Shown here piece after piece: positions 25,674 to 37,111 of a stretch of DNA of 64,000 nt. Made by a program: the position numbers and the translations under genes. The notes under the pieces are model-generated. The model was not told the origin of the DNA, searched no databases, and saw nothing but the letters and a program-made list of their open reading frames with translations. The DNA is taken from the NCBI GenBank assembly GCA_907165135.1, contig OU015567.1, positions 4,092,001 through 4,156,000 on the forward strand, in the 5' to 3' direction. The first letter of the stretch is position 1. Each line of letters opens with the position of its first letter. This DNA is from Oikopleura dioica (Eukaryota; Animalia; Chordata).

Positions 25674-25835
25674 ATGAGACAGACAAGAATGCTTTTGGCA
25701 TTTTTGATGATACAGTCAGTCAGTGGACTAGCAGTGGAAAGAAGTATAGACGACAAAGACTACTTGCTCTTATCAGGGACGGTTTCGACGAGTATTATTT
25801 TCGGGAAATTTAATTATCAGGGAAGAATAGCCTAA
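25674..25835 (+). CDS. Possible signal-peptide exon (MRQTRMLLAFLMIQSVSG...); might be the first exon of the O-fucosyltransferase gene
   Basis: Hydrophobic leader with a plausible cleavage site. The link to downstream exons is not established. Confidence 0.25.
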   Translation: MRQTRMLLAFLMIQSVSGLAVERSIDDKDYLLLSGTVSTSIIFGKFNYQGRIA

Positions 25836-26749
25836 TAGGGGAAATGAGGTTTGCGTATCTTGTCGGCAAAATAGACACATGCATAGATCAACACACGTTT
25901 TTGGTTGAAAAAAAGGTTCAAATCTGACGTTTTTTCGCAATTTTTAAAGTAGGATTGAATCTTTTAGAATGAGGGCAAAACTTTTTTATCATGCAAATAA
26001 GGGCGTCACAATGATAACTTTGTTTTATGGGAAAGATCTTGGGTGGTATCAGGACAAAAAATTTCAACAAATTTTGCGTGGGCGGCTATGCGGCTTCTGA
26101 TTGGCCGGTCTGACGAGTCCAGGGTTCTGATTGGTTGAAAATCTGCTTGAATCGGCTTTTTTTATTTTAGCTTTTTTAAGACAAAATGTAGATTGCTAGA
26201 AAAGAAGAAGTTCAAAGTACTAGTCATGTGTCTTTGTATTCATTTGTCCTGGTAGTCGCTTCTAAATCGAGCGGGTGCAAATGCGTGATAAAAAGTGAGC
26301 TGAAATTGCAAATGTGGTCAGGTGCGCGCGGTGCTTGTTCTCGGGGCCCGCCGTTCTCGGAATTGCCCGACCTTTCCAAATTTTTAATATCGGCGCCGCT
26401 CTCACATCTAACTCAGAATTATTAAAAAAATGTGACGAGAGCAATATTGCAGGGTCTTAGATATTCCTTTACGAAGTCATAGAAGGCTTACTCATAAATT
26501 TTCCGTAGAAAAGAAAAAAAAGATAAAGTCGTCTTTATTTTTTTAAAAAAACTTTTGAGCTGGGCCTTGTCATGACGAAATAATATAATCCGCTTGGATC
26601 CACTCGTGACTTTTTTGGGCAAATGATTAAGCCTCTCCGGAAGCTCTTGATTGACCCGCCCGTTTTCTTTTCAATTCCACGTCTCTTGAACCTTTTTGAC
26701 AAACGAATTTGAGAAAATTCAAATTTGTCAATAAAAAACAGCTGACAAT

Positions 26750-26850
26750 CGATAAGCCGCTTTCGGCTTTGAGCAAAAATTGTAATAGCCGCGCTATGCG
26801 CGGCTTTTTTCATTTTTAGCTCGAAGCCGCAAGCGGCTTCTTGATTTAAA
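26750..26850. repeat. Internal hairpin remnant of MITE family A
   Basis: aagccgctttcggctt, agccgcgctatgcgcggct and gaagccgcaagcggcttc, without recognisable TIRs. Confidence 0.55.
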
Positions 26851-26870
26851 GCTGTTATTATTGACAAATT

Positions 26871-26937
26871 TTAAGGGTGCTACCTTCGATTTCCCTAATT
26901 TTACGATCATTGGGGAAATCAAAGGTTGTCCCCTTAA
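26871..26937. mobile_element. 67-bp hairpin mini-element bounded by TTAA-GGG...CCC-TTAA
   Basis: Arms ttaagggtgctaccttcgatttccctaat versus reverse-complemented ttaaggggacaacctttgatttccccaat (24/29 match). Confidence 0.5.
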
Positions 26938-27522
26938 AGCAGAATAAGAGCTTTTAAATTATTCCTGTATATATCTGTATACATTACAGGCGATTCTAAA
27001 ATTGTCAACTGATAGTGGCCACTTAAGAAAAATGGGCCGTATTTATGAAATTTCTTGGGCGGAATGCATGTCAAATATCTGAAGTGCTTGAGTTTTACAA
27101 CCGGTTCTTCAAAATATTTGGCGCCGAACCAAGTAGAGTAAAGTCAGAGTTGGGCGGCCGCGGGCGATTTCACTGTCTTTTTTTCACGGAAAAAAGTAAC
27201 GTCACACGTTATTCAGAACACTAAAGCCGGCTGTATTAAGTTACATAATTATTTGGCAATTAGGGTTGGTAATTTAGCGCTGAAAGTGTTGGTTCAATAA
27301 AAAAAAATTGAAATTTTAAGCCGAAAATTGAAGATTTTCGTTTCAAAAATAAAATTTTTTTTGCGCCAATCAGATCATTTTATTCAAAAAATTATAACAA
27401 ATTATTAAATTAAAAAAAATTAGAAAAATTTTAATTTCGAAAAGTTCATTTTTCTCCTTATTTTTTAAGTTGTAAGAAAAGGTTCTAAGCGCGAGTTGCG
27501 CAAGAATGTTAAAAACACTCAG

Positions 27523-30500
27523 TAGCGGTTTTGTCGAAACCTGCGGCTTCAGAATCGGACCTGGCGGAGTCAAGCTGCCCGACTATCGACCAAAGAAGCA
27601 CCAACGATCAAGTAGAGCCACTTTACAAACTCAATCCCAAGGCGCGGATTAGAACACACGCAAATTTCCTTATCAAAGCAGATGTATTTCGGTGCCATTA
27701 AAAAGGGATGAACTTTTTCTAACAAAATTTGGAGGCCACGTTTCAAGAGTTATACTTTTCTTTTTGTAAATTGCCAATTGACCTTCACGGGGCTGCGATT
27801 TATTCGAAAATTGCTAGTTTCGAGACGAAATTTGCAAAAGCGTTTTGTTCTCAAGACCATTTTTAGACAATTTTCTATGCATTTTTTGCAATTTTTTTCA
27901 TGAAGGCATAATCTGAAAATCCATATCCACGTTTTTATGAGCGATGTGGATTAATTTTCCCGCCTGAAATCTCATCCCTTTTCATCACTCTCAATTTTCA
28001 CATCATTTTTAATCCCATTCGAAGCTATTCATTACGCCTGTTTACATTTGGGGTCCGTCGAGCCAGCTTCAAGGACTAAGGGAGTCAATCGGAGTTGCCA
28101 TTCGATTGAACAGAACTCTTCTGCTCCCGCCGTTTCTGACGCACAATTCGGACCCGATTGGAGGAGACAAACCTGTACCTGTTGATGTCAGACTTGATAT
28201 TCCAGAACTGAGGTAAATAAACAAAAAATATGATGAACAAGCAATTTATCAATAAGAGTTTTTTATCGATAAAAAACCTGAGTCAGGGTCTAACAGAGCT
28301 CAAATGAAAAGCCGCGTAGCGGCTTTTTTAAAAACGAAGCCGCAAAGCGGCTTCGCCAGAGTTTTTTTAACATATTTGCGAAGCCGCTTTGCGGCTTCGT
28401 TTTCAAAATAGCCGCTACGCGGCTTTTCATTTGAGCTCTTCTAGACCCTGACTAAGGTTTTCTACACAGGTTGCCGAGTCCAGCCTCCTCTTCCTTTAAA
28501 ATCTTTGTCATGAGATATTACCAAGCTCTTTTTGTGATCTCATGTTTCGAATTCTCCTGTTTGAAGGAATGAGCCGCAGAAACAAGTGCTCGCAAAGTTT
28601 TTGCACGTGGCGAGTGTAATTCTGGTTTTCGTGAATCAAAAATTCGATTACACAAGTTGACAGTGAAAGAAGCTCACTTAAAATTGGAAATTCTCGCGTT
28701 TTTAATCAAAGATCATAAATAATGAAATTTATTCAGAAAGCTGATTTCGATTGGATTCACCGAGTCTCTGACCTGTCGCCAAGCTGACGTCGTGTTTTCT
28801 GCGCGCGGAATTTACCAAAAGCCAGATGACTCGTTTCCAATGCAGGAGCGAGTAAAACGGATTTCCGCCTTTGAAAAAGCGACCCAGATGGAAGTGCTGA
28901 GACGAGACGAAGCCCAAAGCAGCGACTTTCTTGAAAAACCGTTTTTGGCCGACTCGATGCCAAGTCCAAAAAGCCCGAAGCTCAGTGGAGCGGGAATGCA
29001 GTTCAGGAATGTTTCGACAATTTTTAAAGGTGCTTAGTTATCCCAGAGCAAAATTTAAATGATGCTAAACATCAGACTTAACCAGGGGTCTAAATTCGCA
29101 GTGCGAATTCGCTTTATTGCGAAGCGATGCGAAGCGAAGCGAATTCGCTTTCGCTTCGCTTCGCACTGGAGAGCAGAATTCGCTTCGCTTTCGCTTCGCA
29201 AAAATTCCCAAATTTTCGCATAAATTTTCGCACAGCAAGCGACTTTGCTGTTCGGAAGATTCTTTATCAAAGAGTTGGAGAGGGGCATTATTGATGCCGT
29301 TATAAATTCAAGTTTTCTCAGTCTTGTCAAGACGAGTCTAATGGTGGGTCTAACTGGATACACGACGTTTTCAGCATACCGACGTTTTCAGCAACCGACG
29401 TTTTCAGCATAACGATGTTTTCAGCGCCGCTGAATTCGTCGGTTTGCTGAAAACGTCGGTTTGCTGAAAACGTCGTTTTTCACCTGAAAACGCGTGGGCG
29501 TTTAGAGAGGCAATCATTTTATCAAACTACATCTGTAAACGATATTTCCGTAAATCGTAAAATAACATAAAATCGATGTAATATTAATGAATCATTTACA
29601 AAAGATTATATTTAATAAAATTATTATTTTTATCTTTTTCAATATTGATTTATCATTATTTTCATTGTTTTAAAACAGATTCACGAAACTTGATAATACG
29701 TTTATACTGTAAACTTTCTGGTGATTTATAGTGACTAATGATTATTATGATAATAATGTATTAGGAAGTAATTTAGCTAATTCTTACTTTTTTCTAAATA
29801 ATGCATAATAACGTTTTCTAAATAATGCATTCTTAATGACTCATTTAGAAATGCTTTTAAACTATTAACTAGCCAATTAAATTGCGAGAACCTCGCCTTT
29901 AGATCCATTTGGTTTGAAAATTTCGTTCCGGCAAACGCCCACGCGTTTTCAGGTGAAAAACGATGTTTTCAGCAAACCGACGTTTTCAGCATAACGACGT
30001 TTTCAGCGCCGCTGAATTCGTCGGTTTGCTGAAAACGTAGATTGCTGAAAACGTCGGTATGCTGAAAACGTCGTGTATCCGGTCTAACTCTCAATAAATC
30101 CAAGGATTGACTGGTTATCAAGCTGGTTTTACCCCGGAAAACACGTTGTCACCACCCTTTTTTATTGTAAATAAGCTAGAATATTTTTTGAATGATCAGA
30201 ATGATCCAGGGGTCTAAATATCAGCCGAAATCCTAGTGCGAAAGCGAAGCGAAAGCGAACCATTTTTTCAAATTTTTTGCGAAGCGAAAGCGAAGCGAAT
30301 TCTTCGCCCATGTGCGAAGCGAAAGCGAAGCGAAATATCATTGAAAATTGCGAAAAAAAGCGAAAATTTTTTCGCTTGAATTGAAACGCATTCTCTGGCC
30401 AGAATCTTTAGCAATCAGCCACTCAAAAGCAAAGATGATTTCAAAAACCTATTTTCGGGGCAGAAAATTACAAAAAAATCTGTTACTGTACTTTTTTCAG

Positions 30501-33500
30501 CTCGTCAATATAAGTTGAATGGTTGGTCTTACTGATGATAATTCCAAGTTAGTAATAAACTCGATAGCAGAGGTGACCGTTCGGGCATCGGGAAGTCGGG
30601 GAATACGGACGATTTTCGGGCAAAATGTGTTCGGCCGGGCATTCGGACGGCTCAGCCCCTTAAGTTTGACCGGGCAAAAGCGGGCATTCGGGCATTTGGG
30701 CAATTTCGGCACTTTCGGGGAATTCAGCGCTTTCGGGCAGTTGGTTAAGCCCGCGCCGAGAAAAATTCTTAACTTTCGCATTCTTTACAACTATTTTTGC
30801 TCTCTTGCTCCTCTAACTAAATCAAAAGCCTCTAGAAACTTATTTCTCTAGCCCTTATCTATCGACGATTTCTTGCCCGAATGGGCACCCTTGCTCGATA
30901 GGAGATGAGATCATCTTCGATTCTAGATAAGCCCTGTTCATAAAGATCATTCTGATCATTCAAAAAATATTCTAGCATACTTACAATAAAAAAGGCTGGT
31001 GACACCGTGTTTTCCGGGGTAGGACCAGCTTGATAACCAGTCAATCCTTGGAATTATTGAGAGTTAGACCCACCATTAGACTCGTCTTCACAAGACTGAG
31101 AAAACTTGAATTAATAACGGCATCAATAATGCCCTTTTCCAACTCTTTGATAAAGAATCTTCCGAATAGCAAAGTCGCTTGCTGTGCGAAAATTTATGCG
31201 AAAATTTGGGAATTTTTGCGAAGCGAAAGCGAAGCGAATTCTGCTCTCCAGTGCGAAGCGAAGCGAAAGCGAATTCGCTTCGCTTCGCATCGCTTCGCAA
31301 TAAAGCGAATTCGCACTGCGAATTTAGACCCCTGAATGATCTTTATGAACAGGGCTTATCAAGAATCGAAGATGATCTCATCTCCTATCGATCAAGGGTG
31401 ACCATTCGGGCAAGAAAACGTCGATTGGGCATCCGAAATTCGGATTATGCCCGGCCGAAATCAAGGGCCAAGAGTCGCGCCGTCCGAATGCACAGTCGAG
31501 CTGGTGATGGGATTTTCAAGAGATAAGGGCTAGAAAAATAAGTTTCGAGAGGCTTTTGATTCAGTTAGAGGAGCAAGAGAGCGAAAATAGTTGTAAAAAT
31601 GCGAAATTTAAGAATTTACCTCGGCGCGGGCTTAACCAACTGCCCGAAAGCGCTGAATTCCCGAAAGTGCCGAATTTGCCCGAAATGCCCGCTTTTGCCC
31701 GGCCAAATTTAAGGGGCTGAGCCGTCCGAATGCCCGGCCGAGCACATTTTGCCCGAAAATTGTCCGTTTTCCCCGACTTCCCGATGCCCGAACGGTCACC
31801 CCTGATATCGAGTTTATTACTAACTTGAAATATCAACAGTTAGACCCACCATTCGGCATATATTGACGAGCTGAAAAAGTACAGTAACAGATTTTTGTAA
31901 TTTTATGCCCCAAAAATAGGTTTTTGAAATAATCTTCGCTTTTGAGTGGCTGATTGCTAAAGATTCTTGCCAGAGAATGCGTTTCAATTCAAGCGAAAAA
32001 TTTTCGCTTTTTTCGCAATTTTCGAGGATATTTCGCTTCGCTTTCGCTTCGCACATGGGCGAAAAATTCGCTTCGCTTTCGCTTCGCAAAAAATTTGAAA
32101 AAATGGTTCGCTTTCGCTTCGCTTTCGCACTAGGATTTCGGCGGATATTTAGACCCCTGACTTAACCTCTTAAGGATATAAGCTATGAATTTGAACTTTC
32201 GTAGCGCCTAAAAGCGTAGTAGGATCATTTTCATTTCAAAAGCAATCCTACCTAAAAATGCACGCAAAAGTCAAATATGGTATTTTTAAAAAATTTTACT
32301 GAAAATTTTCCTTTTAGAGCGATTTCAAATCTTACTCTCTCGATTCCTCGAATTTTTCCCACTAAATCGGTCCAGTTTTTTCGATAAATAACTTCTCTTA
32401 ACCCTTATCTACAAAATTGACGGATCAGTTTTCCCTAATTCTGACCGAAACCGATTTTAGAGCCATTTCCATGAGGTTTACCAAGCGCGTGAATAGTGTA
32501 AAAGCGGCGCGCTGGGCGCTCGCTCTCTCGACTCCTCTTTTCCGTGAGAGTGGCGCGGTTGAGCGGAGCGCTCTGATTGGTTGCAAGCGAAAAAGCACAA
32601 AAAGAAGAAAAACACGAGCAAGAAAGAGGAAACGCTATAATAAAAATTCGAAAGAGTTTTGAAATAAAAGCCCGTCAATTTTCTAGCTTAACATCATCGA
32701 AATAAAAGACACGGTTTAGTTTCAGCAATTCAATGGAAAAATTTCGAGAAATCGAGAGAGTAAGATTTGAAATCGCTCTAAAAGGAAAATTTTCAATAAA
32801 TTTATTTTTAAAAGTACCATATTTGAGTTTTGCGTGCATTTTTAGGCAGGATTGCTTTTGAAATGAAAATGATCCTACTACGCATTTAGGCGCTACGAAA
32901 GTTCAAATTCATAGCTTATATCCTTAAGTCATGCTGGCCCATTTTGAGCTCCAAGAGAAAAATAATTGAGGAATAAAAATTTGGATGAACGAAAATCCGT
33001 CAAATCGTGATCATGTAATCTCTATCGGTCCGCTCAGCGAGCATTTTTTCTAAATAAACTTTCAAGTGCTAATTCGATTTTCATAAAATAAACGGGATTA
33101 TCGATCTTCACGATGCTATCTCGAGCCTTTCGCCTCGTAAAAAGTGATTATATTTAGCAAAAGATTCATTTTTTCAATGATTTCTGATTGAAAAATCACA
33201 GTATTTTAGAATCAAACTATAATTAAGAGTAGCTCTCCTGTTGAATTGATCAATTAAACCTCGTTTGTTGTTGAAACAGGCGAAAGTTATCGCTCAGACA
33301 CTTTGCAGAGTGAATACAACTCGACTGATACCTGTGCCACCTGGTTGTTTCCATTCAACAACTACAAATATCCCGTTGTTTGGTCAGCAAAAGATACCCC
33401 TCTCACCAGCGGCGAGCAGTTCTTCTATCAGGTAACTTTCCAGAATAATCATAATCGGGCGGCACTGGGCGGCACAAGGCGGCGCTATTCAGTTATTTCC

Positions 33501-34809
33501 CAATTTGTTTTTCGTTTTTAGCAATTTCCCCTTACCATAAAAAGCCGAGTGTCTACTGGAAATGATCCTGTTTTGTGGAAAATACTCCAAATGTATCTAT
33601 ATTTATACACAAATTCTTTGCTTTGAGTCAAATCTATATAATCGACTCTTTTTAATTGCATAAAAAGCCGCCTCTAATTAGTAAAGCTCAAGGTTGATAA
33701 ATTCTAATAATGAATTTAAGATCGTCCAACACACCCGAAAGCCAGAGTACATTCGACAAATGACCACTCGGTTCATGGAGGAACAACTCAATGGACCATA
33801 CGTTGCGATGCATTACAGATACGACGCGATTGAGTGGTCAAATGTCTGTGCTCGGCCGCAGAAAGGACGAAAAGGAGAAGTCTGCGAAATTTTAGAAAAA
33901 ACTGGCTCAAAGGGTAAGATGAAAGGAGGAAAAGATGGAAGCTTAATTTATTATTCAGGTCTTGCCCTTGCGCTATCTCGTTTTATCTTGCAAACTGGCG
34001 CCTTTATCTCAGGCCTCCCACCGAGATCCTCCGTTATCTATGTCTCGTCGCCCCCGTCTGAAGCGCGAAATATTCGTGAAGTCATGAATCTTGCTGAAAA
34101 GATCTTGGAGGGAGAAGGTAAAGCCCCCTTTATCAAGCCCTTTTCTTAATTTTTTTTCAGGCTGGAACATCAAAATCGTCAGTACACTAGACACGACTAA
34201 ATATCTCGAAGAAAACTACGGCAACTGTGGTGTTCTGGGAGATTTCAAGTCCGAAGTGATAAGTCTAGTTGAGCAGGAAATCGCCTACCGAGGGGATTAT
34301 CTGCTTTTTTCGGAGCTTTCAGGTAACAAGCGATTTTCAGAAAACGAAAAAATTGGACAAAATTCGCGCATTAGATCAGATTTTATGACATTATCAATTT
34401 CACGAGTTCGATTTCGGCTCAAAATTATTCAAATTTTTTTTTTCTAAAAAAATTTCTCTAAAATCGACCGAAAAAACACAAAAAATTTAGAAAATTTTTT
34501 CATAATTTTTTCGAAAGATATTCGTTTTTGATTGGGCGTAAAAGGAAATACTGATTTTTGATTGGCTCAAATTAAATTTCAGGCTGGTCGGCTAATGTAC
34601 GAAAGGAGCGAATCCTGGATGACAAGTATTTCAACGAAATGTCCGTGATCAAGCTAGTAGAGGACTTTGGCCCAGCCAGTCCCAACTACAGTCACGCCGC
34701 ACTGTACTCAAAGGTGGAAGAGGAGAAAAAGCGGCTAGCGATGGAGCAGATTCAACTAGCGCAGAAGACGCCGGCGGATTTCGGAATTCGACAAATTCAG
34801 AATTCCTAA
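27523..34809 (+). CDS. GDP-fucose protein O-fucosyltransferase (O-FucT) family protein; 5' end unresolved
   Basis: LNPK/LFITPVYIWGPSSQLQGLRESIGVAIRLNRTLLLPPF, PYVAMHYRY, VIYVSS and SLVEQEIAYRGDYLLFSELS/GWSANVRKER. Phase-consistent introns 28213-28736 and 29030-33279. Stop at 34807-34809. Confidence 0.75.
28273..28485. mobile_element. MITE family A, best-preserved copy (left outer TIR truncated), inside an O-FucT intron
   Basis: Near-perfect palindrome of about 190 bp. The right end ggttttctacacaggttgccgagtccagcc defines the terminus. Confidence 0.85.
29356..30080. mobile_element. Element B: Mutator-like MITE with TIRs of about 150 bp and a 9-bp TSD
   Basis: GGATACACGAC...GTCGTGTATCC flanked on both sides by GGTCTAACT. 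The inner Z copy shows the empty site with one GGTCTAACT. TIRs are built of ACGTTTTCAGC units. Confidence 0.85.
30207..31334. mobile_element. Element Z, inner copy inserted in reverse orientation into the outer copy
   Basis: Same CAGGGGTCTAAA ends, flanked by AATGATC direct repeats. The sequence is the reverse complement of the outer copy minus about 90 bp. Confidence 0.85.
30568..30893. mobile_element. Element W: hAT-like MITE inside inner Z
   Basis: CAGAGGTGACCGTTCGGGCA...TGCCCGAATGGGCACCCTTG flanked by a perfect 8-bp repeat CTCGATAG. Internal TTCGGGCA repeats. Confidence 0.8.
31393..31804. mobile_element. Element W: hAT-like MITE inside outer Z
   Basis: CAAGGGTGACCATTCGGGCA...TGCCCGAACGGTCACCCCTG. 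Degenerate TSD ctatcgat/atatcgag. Confidence 0.75.
32174..32923. mobile_element. 750-bp MITE with TIRs of about 190 bp and TTAA TSD (Kolobok-like GG...CC ends)
   Basis: TTAA-GGATATAAGCTATGAATTTG...CAAATTCATAGCTTATATCC-TTAA. Arms have few mismatches. GC-rich centre contains CTGATTGG. Confidence 0.85.
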
Positions 34810-35197
34810 ACGCGGGATTTGTTTTGCGCTAGAATCATGTTCAACGAGAAAATTCAAGGGAAAAGGGTTTAAGACGTAGATGTGTATCGAGCTCTAGTTG
34901 TTTTTGTTTTTGGAAAATTGCAGTTGTTTTCTGGGAAGCATCAGAAAGAACTTAAAATGCACTTAGAACGTGAAATGAACCGCTCAAGTGATCGTTTTTT
35001 AATTCTACTCCCCTGAAATTATCCTTTTCTTTTGTGGTCGCAATAATTACACCTCCCAGTTTTTCGAGCGTTTCAACTTTCAGTTTTCGAATAAAAAAAA
35101 ACGCTTACGAAGATAACTTTCCCGCTCGAAAATGCCAAATTTGATTGTATTTTTGAAAGTTGGTACTTATTTAAGGGTATCACCCTCAAATAGAGAG

Positions 35198-35800
35198 TCA
35201 CAAGTGACCATCTTTTAAAACCAATTTTATCACGGTAAAACATAAAGATTTGAAGAAATTTGCTCTATAAAATTGTTGTTTTTCAAGTGCTACCTCCTTA
35301 AGATCCATTATAATCTTAAGGGTATCTCCCTTATTCGCGGCCTCAGCCACTCTAAAACAATCAAACCACGTCAGTCTCGACGCATCTTTATCAGAACTAT
35401 CATTTTTGAACACTTTTTCCAGCAGCAAGGTAGTCTTATCTCAGTTGATGCAACAACAAGCTCGTCATCCCCATTTTTCTCTTGTACGTCCAGCAGGGAC
35501 AAATTGGCTCCACTTGAGGACTCTCGCTCTGGAGCGTCTTGCAAAGCTCCTGGAATTGTGGGAACCTGTTTTACACAAAAACGCAAGGAAAAACATGGCG
35601 CCCTTTGTTTCTTGCCCAACTGATTTTTCGGTTATTTTTATTTTCAACAACAAAATAAGGGCCTACAGTATCATTGTCTTCCAAAAAAACCCTTGACAAA
35701 GCACTGTACAGAAAAACGCCTGAATCTCGTCCATTCCTTCTCCTGCTCCCGACCCGCTGCTGCCATAATCTTCAACATCTTCGACCTCAGAGTACAAAAT
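35198..35800 (-). pseudogene. Degenerate coding-like region, unidentified
   Basis: Protein-like stretches (FENILYSEVEDVEDYGSSGSGAGEG, FLEDNDTVGPYFVVENK, DKDASRLTWFDCFRVAE) switch frame several times. No family recognised. Confidence 0.25.
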
Positions 35801-36098
35801 GTTCTCAAACAAAAACACACAAAATATTCCTCTATCTGTAAATATTCTTTCTTTCTCCTCAATTTTTGAAATATTCAGATTTTTTTTTCGAATATTTCAA
35901 AGTTTCAAATCGGTCCATAATTCCAAGTAAAGGCAGAAAAGAGTTGATTATGCCGAGCTTGGAAAGGCTTTTCTTAAAAATCAAGAAGTTTTGACTGAAA
36001 AATTAGCCACGTGATCGTTTTCGCCGAAAGTCGACAGTTTTCTCAAAGTTTTCTTTTTGCGCGAATCGCTAGAAAAACCTGGTTTTTCAAGGCAGACG

Positions 36099-37111
36099 AC
36101 GGATTGAGTTGGCCCACTCCGCACGTGGGGCCAAGGCACAGGAGGTGTCAAGCCGAGAGTCAATAGATGCAAGGGACCACGCCGCCGGGGCGAACTCCTG
36201 CAGAGTACGGTTCCGGGCAAAGTTTGGAGCAAGTCCCGGTGTGGGACCTTCAGTAAACAGAATCAAAGGTCACATTGAGCGCGAGATCAGGATCAAGCTC
36301 ATCTCCGGATAAGACCTTAAAGTGAAGATAAAGACGACCAAAAATAAAATTTGATGAAACTACGCCATAGACGGTAATCAGGGGCGTAGAATCCGAATCT
36401 TTGGTCGAAAAAGACTTTTAATGTCAAATGAGCCAAGGGCAGGAATCTTTACAACAATTACTGCCCTTTTTCTGCCTTCTGTTTGAGTCTTTAGCTGCAA
36501 GTTATATGTCGCAACTGTCTTTTTAATTTTCAAATCGGAAGCAATTAAGATTGACAAACTTTTATCAAGCAGCTGATAGAACAAATAACTAATTAAGGAA
36601 AAGATTTAATAAAAGAACTTCAAAAAAATGACGCTCAGGATCCAGAAAATACTAGATAACCAAGGGCAGTAATCTTTACAACAAATACTGCTCTCATAAG
36701 AAATGAGCCTCTCCGGAACTAGGAAATACTTTCAGAAATTAAGGGCAGTAATTGTTCTAAAGATTACTGCCCGTGGCTTATTTGTCATTAAAAGTCTTTT
36801 TCGATCAAAGATTCGGATTCTACGCCCCTGATTACCCTATTGGGCGTAGTTTCATCAAATTCTATTTTTCGGTCATCTATATCTTCATTTTTAGGGCTGA
36901 TCCGAGGATGAGCTTGATCCTAATCTCGGGCTCAATGTGACCCTTGATTCTGTTTACTCAAGGTCTCACACCGAGACTTGCTCCAAACTTGGCCCCGAAC
37001 TGGACTCTGCAGGAGTTCGCATCGGCGGCGTGGTCCCTTGCATCTATTGACTCTCGGCTTGACACCTTCTGTGCCTTAGCCCCACGTGCGGAGTGGGCCA
37101 ACTCAATCCGT
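36099..37111. mobile_element. Fold-back element of about 1 kb with imperfect arms of about 400 bp and an inner CAGGGG...CCCCTG module (36379-36830)
   Basis: ACGGATTGAGTTGGCCCACTCCGCACGTGGGG ... CCCCACGTGCGGAGTGGGCCAACTCAATCCGT. No TSD seen. Confidence 0.8.

Larger units (their letters stand above)
29083..32159. mobile_element. Element Z, outer copy: non-autonomous DNA transposon with CAGGGGTCTAAA TIRs and GCGAA subterminal arrays
   Basis: CAGGGGTCTAAA at 29083 and TTTAGACCCCTG ending 32159, flanked by direct repeat ACTTAAC (7 bp, or 8-9 bp if terminal bases are shared). About 1.2 kb once nested inserts are removed. Confidence 0.85.

Noticed and set aside
29055-32165. ORFs of 60-115 aa inside the transposon nest
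   Set aside because: They translate GCGAA and TTCGGGCA repeat arrays, recur as mirror copies and have no transposase motifs.
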